A stretch of DNA of 64,000 nucleotides, taken from positions 23,139 to 87,138 of the forward strand of contig CAWEHR010000012.1 of assembly GCA_963808975.1 (NCBI GenBank). The letters run 5' to 3'. The stretch's first letter is position 1. Each line of letters begins with the position of its first letter. Source of the DNA: an uncultured Gammaproteobacteria bacterium (GTDB lineage: Bacteria > Pseudomonadota > Gammaproteobacteria > Pseudomonadales > JAHEGP01). Below, piece after piece: positions 9,433 to 19,767 of the stretch. The position numbers and the translations under genes are program-made. Under the pieces are notes generated by a model. The model had not been told where the DNA came from, did not search any database, and saw only the letters and a program-made list of their open reading frames with translations.

Positions 9433-10593
9433 ATGGACAAATACAGCGATATTCGACCCTACAACGACACCGAGGTAAGGCCGGTTCTCGAGCGATTACT
9501 CGCCCATCCTGAATTTCCGGGGGCGGTATGCCGGCTCAAGTTTCCGCATCTCGCCGGCCCGCTGGGGTGGCTGCTGGAGCCGCTGGTGGTGAAGGCATTG
9601 CGCTGGCAACTGCGGGGGGTGGATGATGTTCGCTCCATGCAGTTGGTTATCAAGCGCTACATGGACGCGATGATCGAACGCACCACCACCGGCTTCACGG
9701 TGTCGGGTATCGAGAGCCTGCAACCGGGCCAGGCCTACCTGTTCATGAGTAACCACCGCGACATCGCCCTGGACCCGGCCTTCATCAATTATTCCCTCTA
9801 CCGCAACGGTCATGACACCGTGCGCATAGCGATTGGCGATAACCTGCTGACCAAGGATTACGTCTCGGACCTGATGCGCCTGAACAAGAGTTTTATCGTC
9901 AAGCGCTCGGCCCGGGGGGCGCGCCAGGTGCTGGCGGCGTACCGCGAGTTGTCCAGCTACGTGCGCATGTCGCTCACCGAGGAGCACAAGCCGGTGTGGA
10001 TTGCCCAGCGCGAGGGCCGCGCCAAGGACGGTTTCGATGAGACCGACCCCACCATCATCAAGATGCTGGCGATGAGCCAGGACAAGGCCGCGGAGAGTTT
10101 TGCGGATTATATTCGCAAGCTGCGCATCGTGCCGGTGTCGATATCCTACCAGTACGACCCGCTGGACGAGGCCAAGGCGCTTGAGCTGTACACCCGGGAC
10201 CAGCAGGGCAGCTATGAAAAAGGCGAACAGGAAGACGTGCACAATATCGCGCGCGGTATCACCGGCATGAAGGGCGCTGTCCACGTGGCCTATGGCACCC
10301 CGCTGCAGCACGACTGCGACGATCCCGCCGCGGTGGCCGCCGCCATCGACCGGCAGGTGATCGGCAACTACGTGTTGCACCCGAGCAACTATTTTGCCTA
10401 CCAGCGGCTTTTCGGCGACTACCCCGAGGGCCTTTGCGGCGGTGCACAGCGTCCGTTTGTGGCCGGCGACCACGAAGCGGATGAGTCCGCTTTCAGTGCG
10501 CGCCTGCAGGCCATGCCCGACTACCTGCAACCCTACGTGCTGAAAATGTATGCCAACTGTATCCTGCGCAAGCAGGAACCGGGCATGCGCTAG
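9433..10593 (+). CDS. Glycerolipid acyltransferase (PlsB/PlsC family)
   Basis: NHRDIALD (HxxxxD) motif and WIAQREGRAKDG. Confidence 0.88.
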   Translation: MDKYSDIRPYNDTEVRPVLERLLAHPEFPGAVCRLKFPHLAGPLGWLLEPLVVKALRWQLRGVDDVRSMQLVIKRYMDAMIERTTTGFTVSGIESLQPGQAYLFMSNHRDIALDPAFINYSLYRNGHDTVRIAIGDNLLTKDYVSDLMRLNKSFIVKRSARGARQVLAAYRELSSYVRMSLTEEHKPVWIAQREGRAKDGFDETDPTIIKMLAMSQDKAAESFADYIRKLRIVPVSISYQYDPLDEAKALELYTRDQQGSYEKGEQEDVHNIARGITGMKGAVHVAYGTPLQHDCDDPAAVAAAIDRQVIGNYVLHPSNYFAYQRLFGDYPEGLCGGAQRPFVAGDHEADESAFSARLQAMPDYLQPYVLKMYANCILRKQEPGMR

Positions 10594-10627
10594 GCCCGTT
10601 GCCCACTCTATTACCGCGGGACTTATC

Positions 10628-11149
10628 GTGAACGACGACGACTGGCAGCAACAGGAAATGCACCACCCCCACGGCGGGGGCGCTGGCGGCGCCGTGCAGG
10701 CGGTATGCTACTGCGACAGCACCCAGGAGCTGCGGGGCATGATCGAACAGTGCTGGGAGGAATTCGAGGCCGGCTTCGAGGATTCGGTATTACTGGATAC
10801 GGGGCAGGCCCTGCCCTTGGGCCGGGAGCACACCGGGCTTAGCATCGACATCGACAGCGGCTTCGAAATGACACTGCGGCTGTTCCCCGTGGTCGGAGGC
10901 CAGCTTGATTACCCGGCGGTTGCGCACCAGGTGCTGCTGCAGTTGCACGACGATGGCGCCGGCAGTCCCGATCCGGTGCTGGTGCAGGAATTGCTGGAAT
11001 GGTTGCTCGAGGATCTGCTGCCCCATGTGGGTCACGTCGACCTCGAGCAGGTGGCCGAACGCTTCGCCGGCGGCGAACGACCGCTGTTGCTGACCGATAC
11101 CAGCGGCCGGCTGCTGGAGATGCCGCCGGCAATGACGGACTTCAATTAG
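10628..11149 (+). CDS. Hypothetical acidic protein
   Basis: ORF fills the gap; its stop overlaps the dinG start (TAGTG). Confidence 0.6.
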   Translation: MNDDDWQQQEMHHPHGGGAGGAVQAVCYCDSTQELRGMIEQCWEEFEAGFEDSVLLDTGQALPLGREHTGLSIDIDSGFEMTLRLFPVVGGQLDYPAVAHQVLLQLHDDGAGSPDPVLVQELLEWLLEDLLPHVGHVDLEQVAERFAGGERPLLLTDTSGRLLEMPPAMTDFN

Positions 11150-13266
11150 TGCTGGCGGATACCGAAAAGCAGCAGATCCAGCAGAGCTATCGCGACTGGC
11201 TGGCCGCCAGGCAACTCAAGCCCCGCCATGGCCAGCGCCACATGATCGCCGAGGTTGCCAGGGTGCTGGCCAATGCGCGTTTCGGCAATGCCGATCGCGA
11301 CCAGTTGATTGCCGCCATCGAGGCCGGCACCGGCACCGGCAAAACCCTGGCCTACCTGCTGCCCGCGCTGGTGCTCACCCAGGCCATGGAGCGCAAGCTG
11401 GTGATCGCCACCGCGACGGTTGCGCTGCAGGAGCAACTGATCAACAAGGATCTGCCGGATTTGCTGGCGAATACCGATCTCGACTTCGACTATGTCCTGG
11501 TCAAGGGGCGGGGACGCTATGTCTGTCACGCCAAACTGGTCACTTTCGCCGAGGATTTTGCCGACCCCTCCCTGAGCCTGGGCCTGTATCCGGACGAGCA
11601 GATGCCGCTGCTCAGCGGCGATGCCCGGGGCCTGTACGATGAGATGATGGAGGCGCTCGAGACCCGCAACTGGGACGGTGACCGCGACAGTTGGGGCTCG
11701 GTTATCGAGAACCGGCTGTGGGCGCCGCTGACCTCCGATCACATGCAGTGCACCGGTCGCAAATGTGCCTACGTCAAGCAATGCGCGTATTTTTCCGCCC
11801 GCGACCGCCTGGAGGACAGTGACGTGATCGTTGCCAACCACGACCTGGTGCTGTCTGACCTGGGCCTCGGTGGCGGCGTGATCCTGCCGCCACCGGAAGA
11901 CACGGTGTACGTTTTTGATGAAGCCCACCAGTTGGCCGATAAGGCCCAGCAGCATTTCGGCCACCGCCTGCGCCTCAACGCCACCCTGCGTTGGCTGGAG
12001 CAAATCGAGAAAGGCCTGCCGGCGCTGGCCCGGGCAGTGGCCGACGACGAGCTTTGCAGCAGCACGCTGCAGCGCCTCGCGCCGTTGCTGGGGCAGTTGC
12101 AGGAACACATGCGCGATGCACAGGCGCTGGGCCAGGACCTGGTGGGGGCTATCAGGCCGGGAGAGCGCGAGGCCCTGCTGCGCTTTCCCATCGGCGATAT
12201 CCCGCTGCCACTGGCGGAGCAGGCCCAGGCAATGGGTTTTTGCGCCGAGCGCATGGGGCAGTTGATTCTCACCCTGACCGGCAGGCTGGACGATGCCATG
12301 AACGGCGAGGTGGCGGCGATTTCCCGGGATGATGCCGAACAGTGGTATGGGGCGTTGGGCCAGATGAAGGGGCGCCTGGGCCCGGTGCGCGGCGTCGCCG
12401 AGGCCTATGGCCCGGCGGGGGCCGATCCGGAATTGCCCTATGCGCGCTGGCTCGGCAGCAGGGAGTTCAACAGCGGGCTCGAGCTGGAGATGGCGGCGTT
12501 GCCGCTGTTGCCGCGACGCCTGCTGCAGGAGCTACTCTGGCAGCGCTGTGCGGCGGCCGTCCTGACCTCGGCCAGTATGACCGCGTTGGGTAGCTTCGAT
12601 CGATTGCTGCAGCAAACCGGTATCCCCGAGGACAGTCGCTGCCTGCAACTGCCGAGTCCGTTCAACCACCGCGAGGCGGCTGAACTGCGGGTGCCGGCCC
12701 AGGCACTGGACCCCGCCGACAAGGAACGTTACACCGCGATGCTGATAGAACAGATCGGCGGCAGTGCCAGTGTCGGAGAGGGCACGCTGGTGCTGTTTAC
12801 CGCGCGCCGGCAGATGCAGGCGGTCTACGACGGTATCGACCAGGCCCTGCGGGGCCTGGTCCTGAACCAGGATGCGCTGGGTAAACAGGAGATCATGCGG
12901 CGGCACCGGGCGGCGGTGGACGAGGGCAGGGCCAGCGTCATTTTTGGCCTTGCCAGTTTCGCGGAGGGGATCGACCTGCCGGGAAAATACTGTACCCATG
13001 TGGTGATTACGCGCCTGCCCTTCGCGGTGCCGGACGACCCGGTGGAGGCTACCCTCGCCGAGTGGGTCCGCTCCCGGGGCGGCCAGCCGTTTCGCGACAT
13101 CGCGCTGCCGGACGCCGCCCGCCGCCTGATGCAGGCAACCGGGCGCCTGCTGCGCACCGAGCAGGATCGCGGCAAAATTACCGTGCTCGACCGGCGCTTG
13201 CTGAGCAAGCACTATGGCCGGGCCCTACTGCAGTCGCTGCCCGATTACCGGCTGGTGACCGAATGA
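11149..13266 (+). CDS. dinG: ATP-dependent DNA helicase DinG
   Basis: EAGTGTGKT Walker A, Fe-S cysteines, DEAH box, EGIDLPG, QATGRLLR. Confidence 0.95.
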   Translation: MLADTEKQQIQQSYRDWLAARQLKPRHGQRHMIAEVARVLANARFGNADRDQLIAAIEAGTGTGKTLAYLLPALVLTQAMERKLVIATATVALQEQLINKDLPDLLANTDLDFDYVLVKGRGRYVCHAKLVTFAEDFADPSLSLGLYPDEQMPLLSGDARGLYDEMMEALETRNWDGDRDSWGSVIENRLWAPLTSDHMQCTGRKCAYVKQCAYFSARDRLEDSDVIVANHDLVLSDLGLGGGVILPPPEDTVYVFDEAHQLADKAQQHFGHRLRLNATLRWLEQIEKGLPALARAVADDELCSSTLQRLAPLLGQLQEHMRDAQALGQDLVGAIRPGEREALLRFPIGDIPLPLAEQAQAMGFCAERMGQLILTLTGRLDDAMNGEVAAISRDDAEQWYGALGQMKGRLGPVRGVAEAYGPAGADPELPYARWLGSREFNSGLELEMAALPLLPRRLLQELLWQRCAAAVLTSASMTALGSFDRLLQQTGIPEDSRCLQLPSPFNHREAAELRVPAQALDPADKERYTAMLIEQIGGSASVGEGTLVLFTARRQMQAVYDGIDQALRGLVLNQDALGKQEIMRRHRAAVDEGRASVIFGLASFAEGIDLPGKYCTHVVITRLPFAVPDDPVEATLAEWVRSRGGQPFRDIALPDAARRLMQATGRLLRTEQDRGKITVLDRRLLSKHYGRALLQSLPDYRLVTE

Positions 13267-13347
13267 TTGGGCGCCGCTGGGTGTGCATCCCGTTCGGCGG
13301 CCAGGCACACGACCACGCGACGGGATAGTCAAGTAGCGGGAGGGGAA

Positions 13348-13698
13348 ATGAGCGATTTCTATGAGCAGGTGGCAGCGAGCTTGCAGCAGTTGGAGCTTGA
13401 AATGCGGCGCCTTCGGTTGTGGAGCGATGAGCGGCCCACCGTAGAAGCGCTTGCCAGTCGCCAGCCGTTCTGTATCGACACCCTCAATTTCGCGCAATGG
13501 TTGCAGCATGTGTTGCTGCCCTCACTGCGCGACAGCATCGAGCAGCGCAATCCACTGCCGGAGAAATGCGAGATAACGCCGATGGCGGAGCTGTACTTCA
13601 TGCAACTGCGACCGCAGCGGAACATCGATGCCGCGATCATGCTGGAGGTATTGCAGGGGATTGACGCCGCGCTGAGTGCGCCCCGCCCGGCCCGGTAA
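13348..13698 (+). CDS. YqcC/DUF446 family protein
   Basis: ALASRQPFCIDTLNFAQWLQ signature. Confidence 0.85.
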   Translation: MSDFYEQVAASLQQLELEMRRLRLWSDERPTVEALASRQPFCIDTLNFAQWLQHVLLPSLRDSIEQRNPLPEKCEITPMAELYFMQLRPQRNIDAAIMLEVLQGIDAALSAPRPAR

Positions 13699-13746
13699 AA
13701 TGCAGGGCGCCATCGCTGATCGCTGGCGCGGTGCGTCCGCCGTCGC

Positions 13747-14361
13747 TCAGCTGTCCCGGGTGGCGAGTACCATGCGCACCAGGTGGGCCAGGGAGTGGGT
13801 GTTCATCTTTTCCATCACCCGGGAGCGATGGATTTCGACGGTGCGCTGGCTGATACCGAGGTCGATGGCGATCACCTTGTTGGCGTTGCCGTCTATCATC
13901 ATCTCCATCACTTCCAGCTCGCGGGGGGTGAGGGTTTCGATACGCTCGATGATCTGCTGTTTTTCCCGCAGGCTGGCGCGCTGCTGCTGGTCGAGCTTGA
14001 GTGCCTGGTTGATCTTGTCGAGCAGGTTCTGCTCGCGGTAGGGTTTCTGGATAAAGTCGACGGCGCCGTGTTGCATGGCCTCTACCGCCATCGGTACGTC
14101 GCCGTGCCCGGTGACGAATATGATGGGCAGGATGGAATTGACCTCGTTGAGCTTTTTCTGCAACTCCATGCCGTTCATGCCGGGCATGCGAATATCGAGC
14201 ACGATACAACCCGCCATATCGTCATCGTAGGCGTCGAGGAACTCGGTGCCCGATGCGAAGCCCTTCGACCCCTGGTCGACTGACTCCAGTAACAGGCCGA
14301 GCGATTCGCGCACGGCTTCATCATCGTCAACAATAAAAACAGTAGGGGCCGTGTCTGCCAT
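13747..14361 (-). CDS. FixJ/NarL-family response regulator (REC plus LuxR HTH)
   Basis: VDDD, LDIRMPGMNG, LTPRELEV, NKVIAIDLGISQRTVEIHR. Confidence 0.93.
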   Translation of the reverse strand: MADTAPTVFIVDDDEAVRESLGLLLESVDQGSKGFASGTEFLDAYDDDMAGCIVLDIRMPGMNGMELQKKLNEVNSILPIIFVTGHGDVPMAVEAMQHGAVDFIQKPYREQNLLDKINQALKLDQQQRASLREKQQIIERIETLTPRELEVMEMMIDGNANKVIAIDLGISQRTVEIHRSRVMEKMNTHSLAHLVRMVLATRDS

Positions 14362-14577
14362 GGAGAATCCCTTGCTGGTTGGCTGGAAAAATAATCCCGT
14401 ACTATACCGTAATCAGGGGTAATGTCATTAACCGCAGCGACGGTTAGCCCAAAGGACAGGGCGTTGAATGGTTGGGATAGGGCGGTTGCTCTCGGGGCCC
14501 TGAAGCTGTCCACAGCAATAGTGCTCCATGGTAGTATGGCGCCAGTTGTTTCGGGGGAGATGCGATAACGCGTCGCT

Positions 14578-17277
14578 ATGGCAGTTAAATCAGGTTACAT
14601 GCGGTTTCGGCATCAGATCCTGTTGCTGCTGTTGTCGATTATCTTGATCATGATGGTGGCGGCGGTGCTGGTGGCGGTGCCGGCCGCCTTCACCGCGCAG
14701 CAGCGCATTACCTTCGATCGCCTCAATTCGGTCAGCAACCTCAAAACCCTGTGGGTGATGCGCGAGTTCAATGAATTGCGGCGCGGCCTGGTGGCGCTTG
14801 CCGACAATGTATCCGTGGTTGATGAGGTGCGCTTTATCAACAAGATATTGCCGCAGCCGGGGGCCGACCAGCAGCTGATCAAGCGACTTCGGCAGATGGA
14901 CCAGAACGCCGATCGGGGGGCCGGCGACCGCCTGAGTCTTTACTGGCAGTCGTATCGCCGCCTGTATGCCAACTTCCGCTACATTGAAAACAGCTTCCCG
15001 GGAAGCGAAGTCCTGCTGGTGCGCCCCGACGATGGACTGGTTATTTTTAACCTGCTCGGCGGTGAGCGCTTCATGGATCGCCTCGCGCCACCCCGGCAGG
15101 ACCGGCTGCCGCTTTACAGCTGCTATCTTCGCGCCCTGGAATCCCCCCGCGAGGTGGTGTTCGAAGACTTCGACATCAGCCCTGACGCCAGCGCCCAGAG
15201 AGCCTGCGCGGCGAAGGCATTGATGGTTGACGAAGAGGTGGTCGCGGTACTGATACAGGAGTTCTCGGGCGACCTGATCAACAATATCATGGCCCTGCGA
15301 CCCGGCCTGGGTGAGACTGGCGAGACCTACCTGGTTGGCCCTGACAAACTGATGCGCACCGAGTCGCGCTTTGGTGGCGCTGCCAGCATCCTCAACCAGT
15401 TTGTCGACAGTCGCGCGGTGCGCGAGGGGCTGTCGGGTTTTGCCGGCAGCAGCATCACCACCAACTACCGCGGCTCCCAGGTGTTTTCGGTGTGGCAACC
15501 GATTGAACTGGATGCAATTCGCTGGTCCCTGATCTCCGAGATCGAGGAAGACGAGTCCTATCGCGGCATGCGCAACACCATATCGCAGCTTTTGCTGGTC
15601 TGGTGGGTGGGCTTTATGGTGCTGGTGTTCATTGCCTATGCCTTTGCCCGGCGCACGGAAAAGCCCCTGCTGGCGCTGGTGCGCAATGCCCGGCGTCTCG
15701 CCGCCGGCAATTTTTCCGGGAGTATCCGCGAGGGCGCCGGTTCCCGCGAGATTCGGGACCTGGTGCGATCGTTCAACAACATGGCGGCCCAGATCAGGGA
15801 GCGCACCGGCGCCCTGGAGTCCGCTCGCAATCGCGCCGAGCAGGCGTCGTGGCAGGCTGACCAGGCCAGTCGCGCCAAGAGTGATTTTCTCTCCAAGATG
15901 AGTCACGAATTGCGCACGCCGCTCAACGGTGTGCTGGGTTATGCGCAGATACTCAAGCGCGATCACAACATCAATGAAAACCAGCGCGACACCCTGGACG
16001 CCATCGAAAACTGCGGCCAGCACCTGCTGGAACTGATCAACGACGTGCTCGACATCGCGCGCATCGAAAGCGGCAAGCTGGACCTCAATATTCGCCCCGC
16101 CAACATGCACCAACTGGTGCAGCGTGTGGTGGACGTGGTGAAGCCCCGGGCCCTGGAGAAGGGGCTGGATTTCGAGGTCGACACCAGCGGGCTACCCTAC
16201 GCCATCTTTACCGACGCCATGCGCCTGCGCCAGATTCTCATCAACCTGCTGGGCAACGCCATCAAGTTCACCGACGAGGGTTTCGTCAGGTTGCGGGTCG
16301 AAAACGATCTCGACACCAGTGTACTGACGATCTACGTGGAGGACAGCGGCGCCGGTATTCCGGAGCACCGCCTGGATGAGATATTCGGGCCCTTTGCCCA
16401 GACGATCTCCGGCAAGCGCGCCGGCGGTGCCGGTCTCGGCCTGGCCATTTCCAAACAGTTGGCCATCGCCCTCGGCGGCGAGCTGCGGGCCCGCAGCAAA
16501 CCGGGGGAGGGCAGCGTGTTCTCCATCGACCTGCCCTACACCCTGGCGGAGGACCAGCCGTCCACCGCGCCACCGCCCTCCCGGGATGTGCCCAGCCTGC
16601 CCGAGGGAACCAGCTTTCGGGTGCTGGTTGCCGATGACAACGCCACCAACCGCGACATCATGGTGCAGCTGCTGAAGGACGCCGGCTTCGAAACCTTCCA
16701 GGCGGACGACGGCGAGGAGGTGCTGGAAATCGTCCACTGTGAGCCCCTGGACCTGATCCTGATGGATATTCGGATGCCGGTGATCGATGGCTTGACGGCG
16801 TCCAGCAAGATCCGTGAAAACCCGGCCTACGACAACGTCCGCATCATTGCGGTGTCGGCCACGGTGCTGCCGGAGATGCAGGAGGAGATCATGCGCTGCG
16901 GCTGCGACGCCTTTATCGCCAAGCCGGTGGATGCCCGGGTTTTGTTTGAAGAAATAGAAGCCCAGTTGGGTGTGGAAATGGTGGCGACCGCGGGGGGCGT
17001 AAACACGGTGGCTGCCACTGCCGTGAGCGGCGAGGATGCCGACCTGGAGCTTGAGCCGGACGAAGGGTCGGTCGAGCTGCTGCAGCAAATAGGCAAGGCG
17101 GCGGGCCTGGGCGACATCGCCGCCGTCAGGCGCTACCTGAAACAGTTGCAACAGGAGCTCGGCGCCGACCACAAACTGGTGGCTACCCTGCAACGCATGA
17201 GCGACTCGTTTGAAATGCAGGCGCTGGGTCGCGCGGTGCAGCAGACGCTGGAAAAAATTGCAGAGGATCAATCTTGA
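14578..17277 (+). CDS. Hybrid sensor histidine kinase (periplasmic Cache-like, HAMP, HisKA, HATPase, REC)
   Basis: Two TM segments; MSHELRTPLN H-box; NLLGNAIKFT; GAGLGL; receiver LMDIRMP. Confidence 0.93.
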   Translation: MAVKSGYMRFRHQILLLLLSIILIMMVAAVLVAVPAAFTAQQRITFDRLNSVSNLKTLWVMREFNELRRGLVALADNVSVVDEVRFINKILPQPGADQQLIKRLRQMDQNADRGAGDRLSLYWQSYRRLYANFRYIENSFPGSEVLLVRPDDGLVIFNLLGGERFMDRLAPPRQDRLPLYSCYLRALESPREVVFEDFDISPDASAQRACAAKALMVDEEVVAVLIQEFSGDLINNIMALRPGLGETGETYLVGPDKLMRTESRFGGAASILNQFVDSRAVREGLSGFAGSSITTNYRGSQVFSVWQPIELDAIRWSLISEIEEDESYRGMRNTISQLLLVWWVGFMVLVFIAYAFARRTEKPLLALVRNARRLAAGNFSGSIREGAGSREIRDLVRSFNNMAAQIRERTGALESARNRAEQASWQADQASRAKSDFLSKMSHELRTPLNGVLGYAQILKRDHNINENQRDTLDAIENCGQHLLELINDVLDIARIESGKLDLNIRPANMHQLVQRVVDVVKPRALEKGLDFEVDTSGLPYAIFTDAMRLRQILINLLGNAIKFTDEGFVRLRVENDLDTSVLTIYVEDSGAGIPEHRLDEIFGPFAQTISGKRAGGAGLGLAISKQLAIALGGELRARSKPGEGSVFSIDLPYTLAEDQPSTAPPPSRDVPSLPEGTSFRVLVADDNATNRDIMVQLLKDAGFETFQADDGEEVLEIVHCEPLDLILMDIRMPVIDGLTASSKIRENPAYDNVRIIAVSATVLPEMQEEIMRCGCDAFIAKPVDARVLFEEIEAQLGVEMVATAGGVNTVAATAVSGEDADLELEPDEGSVELLQQIGKAAGLGDIAAVRRYLKQLQQELGADHKLVATLQRMSDSFEMQALGRAVQQTLEKIAEDQS

Positions 17278-18842
17278 GCCAGTCTGAAGATATCGTGTTG
17301 CTGGTCGATGACAACCCGACCAATCTCGAGGTGCTGTACCAGACCCTGGACGGCCAGGGCTACCGACTGCTGGCGGCCCGGGGTGGCGAGGCCGCACTCG
17401 CCATCGTCCACGAGACCAACCCAACCCTTATCCTGCTCGACATCATGATGCCGGGAATCGACGGCTTCCAGGTGTGTGAGCGACTGAAGTCGAACCCTAA
17501 AACCGCCGATATCGCGGTGATTTTTCTCTCCGCGCTCGGCGATACCGACACCAAGGTCAGGGGTTTCGCACTGGGTGCGGTGGACTATATATCCAAGCCA
17601 TTCCAGGCTGCGGAAATCGTCGCGCGGGTCGCCACCCATGTCAAGATACGGCGCCTGGAGAGACAACTGTCCCATCGCAACGTCGAGTTGGAGCGGGAGA
17701 TTACGCGCATCCTGGCGACGATGCAGGAGGGAGTATTCGGGGTTGATGTCAATGCCACTATCACCTACGCCAATCGTGCCGCGGCGCACCTCAGCGGCTG
17801 GGCTCAGGATGAACTGGTCGGCCAGGCCGCGCTGACAACGCAGTTGCGGGCCGCTGACGGTTCACCGCGCTCGACGCGGTCGCCACCCTATAGCCAGGTA
17901 TTTGCCGAAGGCCGCAGAATCGAACTGGAGTGCGAAACCATCTGGCGCAGGGACCAAACCTGCTTTTATGCCTCGCTCAACTGTACCCCGGTGCTGGAGA
18001 ACGGCCGGGTTCTCGGCGCGGTCATCGTGTTTCGCGATATCACCCAGCGCTTGCAGGCGGAGCTGGAGTTGCAGGAAACCCGCATGGAGCTGCAGAAACA
18101 GCGCCAGCGCCTGGCGCATATCGAGCGGCTCAGCACCATGGGCGAAATGGCGGCGGGCTTTGCCCATGAAGTCAATCAACCGTTAACTGCAATTGCCAAC
18201 TATGCCAGCGTCAGTCGGCGCCTGGCGGAAAAAGAGCCCATCGACCGGGCAAAACTCGACTCGGCGCTGGAAAAGATGCAAACCCAGGCACTGCGTGCAA
18301 GCGAAGTCATCCAGCGGCTGCGCAGTTTCGTCAGGAAGCCGAAAACCGGCCGGGAAATGCGCGACCCCAATGCCCTGGTCGACGAGGTGATCGAGTTGGC
18401 GGAGGTGGACAGCCGCTTCAACAGGGTGCCGATTCATTTCTCGCCGGGGGTCGATGGCATGAAAGTGTGTATCGACGATGTGCAAATACAGCAGGTGCTG
18501 CTGAACCTGGTGCGCAACGCGATGGAGGCGATGGCAAACACGCCGCGCCGCGCCGAAGGGGTGAAAATCACCACCCATTCACCCCTGCTGGGGGTGGTTC
18601 GGTTCAGTGTGGTGGATCATGGAGAAGGACTGGCGGATGATGCCGAGAACCGGCTGTTTCATCCCTTTTATACCACCAAGGATGACGGCATGGGGATTGG
18701 CCTGTCGGTGTGTGCGACCATTATGCAGGATCATGGAGGCGAAATCGGTTTTAGCAGAAACGAAAATGGCGGCGCGACCTTCTATATCGATCTCGCCGCC
18801 AAACCCTGTCCCGACACCAGTAGTGCGGTGCCGGGGCAGTAG
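17274..18842 (+). CDS. REC-PAS-histidine kinase (FixL/NtrB-type kinase core)
   Basis: N-terminal receiver LLDIMMP, PAS, AHEVNQPL H-box, GMGIGL; overlaps upstream stop. Confidence 0.92.
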   Translation: MSQSEDIVLLVDDNPTNLEVLYQTLDGQGYRLLAARGGEAALAIVHETNPTLILLDIMMPGIDGFQVCERLKSNPKTADIAVIFLSALGDTDTKVRGFALGAVDYISKPFQAAEIVARVATHVKIRRLERQLSHRNVELEREITRILATMQEGVFGVDVNATITYANRAAAHLSGWAQDELVGQAALTTQLRAADGSPRSTRSPPYSQVFAEGRRIELECETIWRRDQTCFYASLNCTPVLENGRVLGAVIVFRDITQRLQAELELQETRMELQKQRQRLAHIERLSTMGEMAAGFAHEVNQPLTAIANYASVSRRLAEKEPIDRAKLDSALEKMQTQALRASEVIQRLRSFVRKPKTGREMRDPNALVDEVIELAEVDSRFNRVPIHFSPGVDGMKVCIDDVQIQQVLLNLVRNAMEAMANTPRRAEGVKITTHSPLLGVVRFSVVDHGEGLADDAENRLFHPFYTTKDDGMGIGLSVCATIMQDHGGEIGFSRNENGGATFYIDLAAKPCPDTSSAVPGQ

Positions 18843-18853
18843 AGAATGATGTG

Positions 18854-19036
18854 CTATGACGCCTCGCTGACCTGCTCCTGGCGTATCTTCTCGTGAATTT
18901 CCTCGCGGTGCACACTGATCTCGCGGGGGGCCTCGATGCCGATTCTTACCTGGCCGCCGCTGACGCCCAGTACCGTGAGTTTGATGTTACCGCCAATAAC
19001 GAGCGCTTCGCCCATACGTCTGGAAAGTACTAACAT
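18854..19036 (-). CDS. CsrA/RsmA-family RNA-binding protein (second paralog)
   Basis: [10 protein letters not shown]...[18 protein letters not shown]; AGGAG RBS. Confidence 0.92.
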   Translation of the reverse strand: MLVLSRRMGEALVIGGNIKLTVLGVSGGQVRIGIEAPREISVHREEIHEKIRQEQVSEAS

Positions 19037-19407
19037 GCTGATAACTCCTTTATCGTCCTCGAAAAATTCAGCGCCAAGTTTATGGATCACGGCACCCCTA
19101 GAAGTATTCGGTCTTGTGCTTAAGTTTTTTTACTTATCGTTGTTGCGGTCGGGCGGTGTCCTGCGCGGCGAAGAATAACAGGGCGTTCCCGGTCAGGCTC
19201 TAACAGGAGGGAACCGGTAACGAGCTGGAGCAGAGCGGTAAACTGCAGGCCTCCCAGAATGTCTGGATACCTGTTAAAGTTGAGGTAAACTAGTGTCGGC
19301 AGTCAGGATCTGGCAAATCCTGTGGGTCTGGGAAGGGCTGATATCTGATAGCTAATAACTGAGAATAACAGGAGCTAAGTGCGGGGGCTGGTGGCGGTGA
19401 GCGCGGC

Positions 19408-19626
19408 TCAGTGAACGGCGTCACTTTTCAGCGCCGGGGCCTGATGGCTGGTGGCCTTGGTATTGTCGGAGTGAACCTGCTCGGGTTGCTTGCCGTGCAG
19501 TGATGCGTTGATACGCAGCTTGAGGCGATCTATAACAATAGTCATAACGTCGATAGTCTGGCTCACCTGGTCCAGCGCTATCATAATGGTTTCCGCGTCA
19601 CGCTGTGAGATTTTGGTTGTCTTCAT
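19408..19626 (-). CDS. Hypothetical small protein
   Basis: 72-aa ORF with GGAG RBS and helical pattern. Confidence 0.45.
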   Translation of the reverse strand: MKTTKISQRDAETIMIALDQVSQTIDVMTIVIDRLKLRINASLHGKQPEQVHSDNTKATSHQAPALKSDAVH

Positions 19627-19767
19627 TGTGATGGCTTGCTCCGGTGCCGTTTTCGTGTTGAAAAAAGTATAGCAATGATAAAAATCGGGTATTCCGATAA
19701 ATCGATGCCGAATGCCGAAACTGTGAACTCGGCGCTGTCGCTCTACCAATTTTGCTGAGGGGAAAGC

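Noticed and set aside
14590-16113. Long antisense ORFs (also 44432-46084, 37487-38824, 2787-4022)
   Set aside because: Shadow frames opposite well-supported GC-rich genes, with no recognisable motifs.
19119-19137. GacA/UvrY box near the second csrA
   Set aside because: TAAG and CTTA are 8 nt apart rather than 6, and the outer TG/CA bases are missing.
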